Shown piece after piece: positions 56,401 to 64,000 of a DNA stretch of 64,000 nucleotides. The DNA lies in contig CAXKVF010000075.1 of NCBI GenBank assembly GCA_964057225.1, forward strand, positions 790,675-854,674, read 5' to 3'. The position numbers were made by a program, and so were the translations under genes. The notes beneath the pieces are model-generated. The model saw only the letters and a program-made list of their open reading frames with translations, was not told the DNA's origin and made no database searches. Position 1 is the first letter of the stretch, and the number at the start of each line of letters is the position of its first letter. This stretch comes from Auanema rhodensis (taxonomy: Eukaryota; Animalia; Nematoda).

Positions 56401-59400
56401 TTTATGCTAATTAAATGTACACGTGATGTGCACTTGGTATGTAACTCGCTTCACGTGAAAGATAAAGAGATGCGGTTTTCAAAATTAGATTCCCCATGTC
56501 CATATTAGTCTAAAAACAAATTTTTATCGATATTGGTGCATGGTAACCATGACTTTGAAATTTACGTGAACTTTAATTTATGCTAATTAAATGTACACGT
56601 GATGTGCACTTGGTATGTAACTCGCTTCACGTGAAAGTTAAAGAGATGCGGTTTTCAAAATTAGATTCCCCATGTCCATATTAGTCTAAAAACAAATTTT
56701 TATTGATATTGGTTCATGGTAACCATGACTTTGAAATTTACGTGAACTTTAATTTATGCTAATTAAATGTACACGTGATGTGCACTTGGTATGTAACTCG
56801 CTTCACGTGAAAGATAAAGAGATGCGGTTTTCAAAATTAGATTCCCCATGTCCATATTAGTCTAAAAACAAATTTTTATTGATATTGCTTCATGGTAACC
56901 ATGACTTTGAAATTTACGTGAACTTTAATTTATGCTAATTAAATGTACACGTGATGTGCACTTGGTATGTAACTCGCTTCACGTGAAAGATAAAGAGATG
57001 CGGTTTTCAAAATTAGATTCCCCATGTCCATATTAGTCTAAAAATAAATTTTTATTGATATTGGTTCATGGTAACCATGACTTTGAAATTTACGTGAACT
57101 TTAATTTATGCTAATTAAATGTACACGTGATGTGCACTTGGTATGTAACTCGCTTCACGTGAAAGATAAAGAGATGCGGTTTTCAAAATTAGATTCCCCA
57201 TGTCCATATTAGTCTAAAAACAAATTTTTATTGATATTGGTGCATGGTAACCATGACTTTGAAATTTACGTGAACTTTAATTTATGCTAATTAAATGTAC
57301 ACGTGATGTGCACTTGGTATGTAACTCGCTTCACGTGAAAGATAAAGAGATGCGGTTTTCAAAATTAGATTCCCCATGTCCATATTAGTCTAAAAACAAA
57401 TTTTTATCGATATTGGTGCATGGTAACCATGACTTTGAAATTTACGTGAACTTTAATTTATGCTAATTAAATGTACACGTGATGTGCACTTGGTATGTAA
57501 CTCGCTTCACGTGAAAGATAAAGAGATGCGGTTTTCAAAATTAGATTCCCCATGTCCATATTAGTCTAAAAACAAATTTTTATTGATATTGGTGCATGGT
57601 AACCATGACTTTGAAATTTACGTGAACTTTAATTTATGCTAATTAAATGTACACGTGATGTGCACTTGGTATGTAACTCGCTTCACGTGAAAGATAAAGA
57701 GATGCGGTTTTCAAAATTAGATTCCCCATGTCCATATTAGTCTAAAAACAAATTTTTATTGATATTAGTTCATGGTAACCATGACTTTGAAATTTACGTG
57801 AACTTTAATTTATGCTAATTAAATGTACACGTGATGTGCACTTGGTATGTAACTCGCTTCACGTGAAAGATAAAGAGATGCGGTTTTCAAAATTAGATTC
57901 CCCATGTCCATATTAGTCTAAAAACAAATTTTTATTGATATTGCTTCATGGTAACCAAGACTTTGAAATTTACGTGAACTTTAATTTATGCTAATTAAAT
58001 GTACACGTGATGTGCACTTGGTATGTAACTCGCTTCACGTGAAAGATAAAGAGATGCGGTTTTCAAAATTAGATTCCCCATGTCAATATTAGTCTAAAAA
58101 CAAACTTTTATTGATATTAGTTCATGGTAACCATGACTTTGAAATTTACGTGAACTTTAATTTATGCTAATTAAATGTACACGTGATGTGCACTTGGTAT
58201 GTAACTCGCTTCACGTGAAAGATAAAGAGATGCGGTTTTCAAAATTAGATTCCCCATGTCCATATTAGTCTAAAAACAAATTTTTATTGATATTAGTTCA
58301 TGGTAACCATGACTTTGAAATTTACGTGAACTTTAATTTATGCTAATTAAATGTACACGTGATGTGCACTTGGTATGTAACTCGCTTCACGTGAAAGATA
58401 AAGAGATGCGGTTTTCAAAATTAGATTCCCCATGTCCATATTAGTCTAAAAACAAATTTTTATTGATATTGGTTCATGGTAACCATGACTTTGAAATTTA
58501 CGTGAACTTTAATTTATGCTAATTAAATGTACACGTGATGTGCACTTGGTATGTAACTCGCTTCACGTGAAAGATAAAGAGATGCGGTTTTCAAAATTAG
58601 ATTCCCCATGTCCATATTAGTCTAAAAACAAATTTTTATTGATATTGCTTCATGGTAACCATGACTTTGAAATTTACGTGAACTTTAATTTATGCTAATT
58701 AAATGTACACGTGATGTGCACTTGGTATGTAACTCGCTTCACGTGAAAGATAAAGAGATGCGGTTTTCAAAATTAGATTCCCCATGTCCATATTAGTCTA
58801 AAAACAAATTTTTATTGATATTGCTTCATGGTAACCATGACTTTGAAATTTACGTGAACTTTAATTTATGCTAATTAAATGTACACGTGATGTGCACTTG
58901 GTATGTAACTCGCTTCACGTGAAAGATAAAGAGATGCGGTTTTCAAAATTAGATTCCCCATGTCCATATTAGTCTAAAAATAAATTTTTATTGATATTGG
59001 TTCATGGTAACCATGACTTTGAAATTTACGTGAACTTTAATTTATGCTAATTAAATGTACACGTGATGTGCACTTGGTATGTAACTCGCTTCACGTGAAA
59101 GATAAAGAGATGCGGTTTTCAAAATTAGATTCCCCATGTCCATATTAGTCTAAAAACAAATTTTTATTGATATTGGTGCATGGTAACCATGACTTTGAAA
59201 TTTACGTGAACTTTAATTTATGCTAATTAAATGTACACGTGATGTGCACTTGGTATGTAACTCGCTTCACGTGAAAGATAAAGAGATGCGGTTTTCAAAA
59301 TTAGATTCCCCATGTCCATATTAGTCTAAAAACAAATTTTTATCGATATTGGTGCATGGTAACCATGACTTTGAAATTTACGTGAACTTTAATTTATGCT

Positions 59401-62400
59401 AATTAAATGTACACGTGATGTGCACTTGGTATGTAACTCGCTTCACGTGAAAGATAAGAGATGCGGTTTTCAAAATTAGATTCCCCATGTCCATATTAGT
59501 CTAAAAACAAATTTTTATTGATATTGGTGCATGGTAACCATGACTTTGAAATTTACGTGAACTTTAATTTATGCTAATTAAATGTACACGTGATGTGCAC
59601 TTGGTATGTAACTCGCTTCACGTGAAAGATAAAGAGATGCGGTTTTCAAAATTAGATTCCCCATGTCCATATTAGTCTAAAAACAAATTTTTATTGATAT
59701 TAGTTCATGGTAACCATGACTTTGAAATTTACGTGAACTTTAATTTATGCTAATTAAATGTACACGTGATGTGCACTTGGTATGTAACTCGCTTCACGTG
59801 AAAGATAAAGAGATGCGGTTTTCAAAATTAGATTCCCCATGTCCATATTAGTCTAAAAACAAATTTTTATTGATATTGGTGCATGGTAACCATGACTTTG
59901 AAATTTACGTGAACTTTAATTTATGCTAATTAAATGTACACGTGATGTGCACTTGGTATGTAACTCGCTTCACGTGAAAGATAAAGAGATGCGGTTTTCA
60001 AAATTAGATTCCCCATGTCCATATTAGTCTAAAAACAAATTTTTATTGATATAGTTCATGGTAACCATGACTTTGAAATTTACGTGAACTTTAATTTATG
60101 CTAATTAAATGTACACGTGATGTGCACTTGGTATGTAACTCGCTTCACGTGAAAGATAAAGAGATGCGGTTTTCAAAATTAGATTCCCCATGTCCATATT
60201 AGTCTAAAAACAAATTTTTATTGATATTGCTTCATGGTAACCAAGACTTTGAAATTTACGTGAACTTTAATTTATGCTAATTGAATGTACACGTGATGTG
60301 CACTTGGTATGTAACTCGCTTCACGTGAAAGATAAAGAGATGCGGTTTTCAAAATTAGATTCCCCATGTCCATATTAGTCTAAAAACAAATTTTTATTGA
60401 TATTGCTTCATGGTAACCATGACTTTGAAATTTACGTGAACTTTAATTTATGCTAATTAAATGTACACGTGATGTGCACTTGGTATGTAACTCGCTTCAC
60501 GTGAAAGATAAAGAGATGCGGTTTTCAAAATTAGATTCCCCATGTCAATATTAGTCTAAAAACAAACTTTTATTGATATTAGTTCATGGTAACCATGACT
60601 TTGAAATTTACGTGAACTTTAATTTATGCTAATTAAATGTACACGTGATGTGCACTTGGTATGTAACTCGCTTCACGTGAAAGATAAAGAGATGCGGTTT
60701 TCAAAATTAGATTCCCCATGTCCATATTAGTCTAAAAACAAATTTTTATTGATATTAGTTCATGGTAACCATGACTTTGAAATTTACGTGAACTTTAATT
60801 TATGCTAATTAAATGTACACGTGATGTGCACTTGGTATGTAACTCGCTTCACGTGAAAGATAAAGAGATGCGGTTTTCAAAATTAGGTTCCCCATGTCCA
60901 TATTAGTCTAAAAACAAACTTTTATTGATATTAGTTCATGGTAACCATGACTTTGAAATTTACGTGAACTTTAATTTATGCTAATTAAATGTACACGTGA
61001 TGTGCACTTGGTATGTAACTCGCTTCACGTGAAAGATAAAGAGATGCGGTTTTCAAAATTAGATTCCCCATGTCCATATTAGTCTAAAAACAAATTTTTA
61101 TTGATATTGGTTCATGGTAACCATGACTTTGAAATTTACGTGAACTTTAATTTATGCTAATTAAATGTACACGTGATGTGCACTTGGTATGTAACTCGCT
61201 TCACGTGAAAGATAAAGAGATGCGGTTTTCAAAATTAGATTCCCCATGTCCATATTAGTCTAAAAACAAATTTTTATTGATATTGCTTCATGGTAACCAT
61301 GACTTTGAAATTTACGTGAACTTTAATTTATGCTAATTAAATGTACACGTGATGTGCACTTGGTATGTAACTCGCTTCACGTGAAAGATAAAGAGATGCG
61401 GTTTTCAAAATTAGATTCCCCATGTCCATATTAGTCTAAAAACAAATTTTTATTGATATTGCTTCATGGTAACCATGACTTTGAAATTTACGTGAACTTT
61501 AATTTATGCTAATTAATGTACACGTGATGTGCACTTGGTATGTAACTCGCTTCACGTGAAAGATAAAGAGATGCGGTTTTCAAAATTAGATTCCCCATGT
61601 CCATATTAGTCTAAAAATAAATTTTTATTGATATTGGTTCATGGTAACCATGACTTTGAAATTTACGTGAACTTTAATTTATGCTAATTAAATGTACACG
61701 TGATGTGCACTTGGTATGTAACTCGCTTCACGTGAAAGATAAAGAGATGCGGTTTTCAAAATTAGATTCCCCATGTCCATATTAGTCTAAAAACAAATTT
61801 TTATTGATATTGGTGCATGGTAACCATGACTTTGAAATTTACGTGAACTTTAATTTATGCTAATTAAATGTACACGTGATGTGCACTTGGTATGTAACTC
61901 GCTTCACGTGAAAGATAAAGAGATGCGGTTTTCAAAATTAGATTCCCCATGTCCATATTAGTCTAAAAACAAATTTTTATCGATATTGGTGCATGGTAAC
62001 CATGACTTTGAAATTTACGTGAACTTTAATTTATGCTAATTAAATGTACACGTGATGTGCACTTGGTATGTAACTCGCTTCACGTGAAAGATAAAGAGAT
62101 GCGGTTTTCAAAATTAGATTCCCATGTCCATATTAGTCTAAAAACAAATTTTTATTGATATTGGTGCATGGTAACCATGACTTTGAAATTTACGTGAACT
62201 TTAATTTATGCTAATTAAATGTACACGTGATGTGCACTTGTATGTAACTCGCTTCACGTGAAAGATAAAGAGATGCGGTTTTCAAATTAGATTCCCCATG
62301 TCCATATTAGTCTAAAAACAAATTTTTATTGATATTAGTTCATGGTAACCATGACTTGAAATTTACGTGAACTTTAATTTATGCTAATTAAATGTACACG

Positions 62401-64000
62401 TGATGTGCACTTGGTATGTAACTCGCTTCACGTGAAAGATAAAGAGATGCGGTTTTCAAAATTAGATTCCCATGTCCATATTAGTCTAAAAACAAATTTT
62501 TATTGATATTGCTTCATGGTAACCAAGACTTTGAAATTTACGTGAACTTTAATTTATGCTAATTAAATGTACACGTGATGTGCCTTGGTATGTAACTCGC
62601 TTCACGTGAAAGATAAAGAGATGCGGTTTTCAAAATTAGATTCCCCATGTCATATTAGTCTAAAAACAAATTTTTATTGATATTTGCTTCATGGTAACCA
62701 TGACTTTGAAATTTACGTGAACTTTAATTTATGCTAATTAAATGTACACGTGATGTGCACTTGGTATGTAACTCGCTTCACGTGAAAGATAAAGAGATGC
62801 GGTTTCAAAATTAGATTCCCATGTCCATATTAGTCTAAAAACAAATTTTTATTGATATTAGTTCATGGTAACCATGACTTTGAAATTTACGTGAACTTTA
62901 ATTTATGCTAATTAAATGTACACGTGATGTGCACTTGGTATGTAACTCGCTTCACGTGAAAGATAAAGAGATGCGGTTTTCAAATTAGATTCCCCATGTC
63001 CATATTAGTCTAAAAACAAATTTTATTGATATTAGTTCATGGTAACCATGACTTTGAAATTTACGTGAACTTTAATTTATGCTAATTAAATGTACACGTG
63101 ATGTGCACTTGGTATGTAACTCGCTTCACGTGAAAGATAAAGAGATGCGGTTTTCAAAATTAGATTCCCCATGTCCATATTAGTCTAAAAACAAATTTTT
63201 ATTGATATTGTTCATGGTAACCATGACTTTGAAATTTACGTGAACTTTAATTTATGCTAATTAAATGTACACGTGATGTGCACTTGGTATGTAACTCGCT
63301 TCACGTGAAAGATAAAGAGATGCGGTTTTCAAATTAGATTCCCCATGTCCATATTAGTCTAAAAACAAATTTTTATTGATATTGTTCATGGTAACCATGA
63401 CTTTGAAATTTACGTGAACTTTAATTTATGCTAATTAAATGTACACGTGATGTGCACTTGGTATGTAACTCGCTTCACGTGAAAGATAAAGAGATGCGGT
63501 TTTCAAAATTAGATTCCCCATGTCCATATTAGTCTAAAAACAAATTTTTATTGATATTGCTTCATGGTAACCATGACTTTGAAATTTACGTGAACTTTAA
63601 TTTATGCTAATTAAATGTACACGTGATGTGCACTTGGTATGTAACTCGCTTCACGTGAAGATAAAGAGATGCGGTTTCAAAATTAGATTCCCCATGTCAA
63701 TATTAGTCTAAAAAACAAACTTTTATTGATATTAGTTCATGGTAACCATGACTTTGAAATTTACGTGAACTTTAATTTATGCTAATTAAATGTACACGTG
63801 ATGTGCACTTGGTATGTAACTCGCTTCACGTGAAAGATAAGAGATTGCGGTTTTCAAAATTAGATTCCCCATGTCCATATTAGTCTAAAAACAAATTTTA
63901 TTGATATTGGTTCATGGTAACCATGACTTTGAAATTTACGTGAACTTTAATTTATGCTAATTAAATGTACACGTGATGTGCACTGGTATGTAACTCGCTT

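Larger units (their letters stand above)
1290..64000. repeat. 176-bp tandem satellite array (~356 copies), candidate centromeric/pericentromeric; continues past the window
   Basis: Period measured directly (GTGCAC at 1290, 1466, 1642...). Consensus GTGCACTTGGTATGTAACTCGCTTCACGTGAAAGATAAAGAGATGCGGTTTTCAAAATTAGATTCCCCATGTCCATATTAGTCTAAAAACAAATTTTTATTGATATTG(G/C)T(G/T)CATGGTAACCATGACTTTGAAATTTACGTGAACTTTAATTTATGCTAATTAAATGTACACGTGAT. ~32% GC; most copies differ from consensus by 0-3 bases; one orientation throughout. The centromeric role is inference only. Confidence 0.99.

Noticed and set aside
1290-64000. CRISPR array or other repeat-spacer system (palindromic repeats at regular spacing)
   Set aside because: The whole 176-bp unit is repeated; there are no unique spacers and no cas-like ORFs, and the flanking element has eukaryotic Pol II signals.
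1290-64000. Protein-coding tandem repeat or tandem RNA-gene cluster (5S, tRNA, SL RNA)
   Set aside because: The unit is not a multiple of 3 and has frequent stop triplets on both strands (e.g. CTAATTAA, TTAG, TTTAAT). No 5S, tRNA cloverleaf, A/B-box or spliced-leader features were recognised.
59450-64000. Rising density of 1-bp indels toward the window end, resembling array decay
   Set aside because: They are mostly unshared homopolymer contractions or expansions (CCCC->CCC ~62121, AAAA->AAA ~62284, TTT->TT ~62355, TTTT->TTT ~62803), concentrated after 62.1 kb. This is typical of low-coverage long-read consensus error, not biology.

Overview
Eukaryotic, AT-rich repetitive DNA in two parts. 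(1) Positions 1-1289 look like the 5' end of an LTR retrotransposon on the minus strand. It has a ~477-bp LTR (1289->813) that starts TGTCGCA, carries TATAAG 28 nt before a TCAGTT initiator, then AATAAA and a T-rich tract. This is followed by a tRNA-Pro-like primer-binding site (TGGGGGCCGAACCGG), a ~410-nt leader with five CGTATAG motifs and long A/T tracts, and an uninterrupted ORF (ATG at 388, >=129 codons, running off the window; position suggests gag/ORF1). (2) Positions 1290-64000 are one uninterrupted, single-orientation tandem array of about 356 copies of a 176-bp monomer (~32% GC, rich in palindromes including two CACGTG). It is very homogeneous and shows local higher-order duplications (3-, 5-, 7-, 10-, 11-, 14-mers), three 104-bp deletion monomers and two 225-bp monomers with a templated inverted insertion. 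The best reading is a candidate centromeric or pericentromeric satellite abutting an LTR element that probably inserted into it. Host species, centromere function and element family cannot be established from this window alone. No CRISPR array, RNA genes or host genes could be supported.
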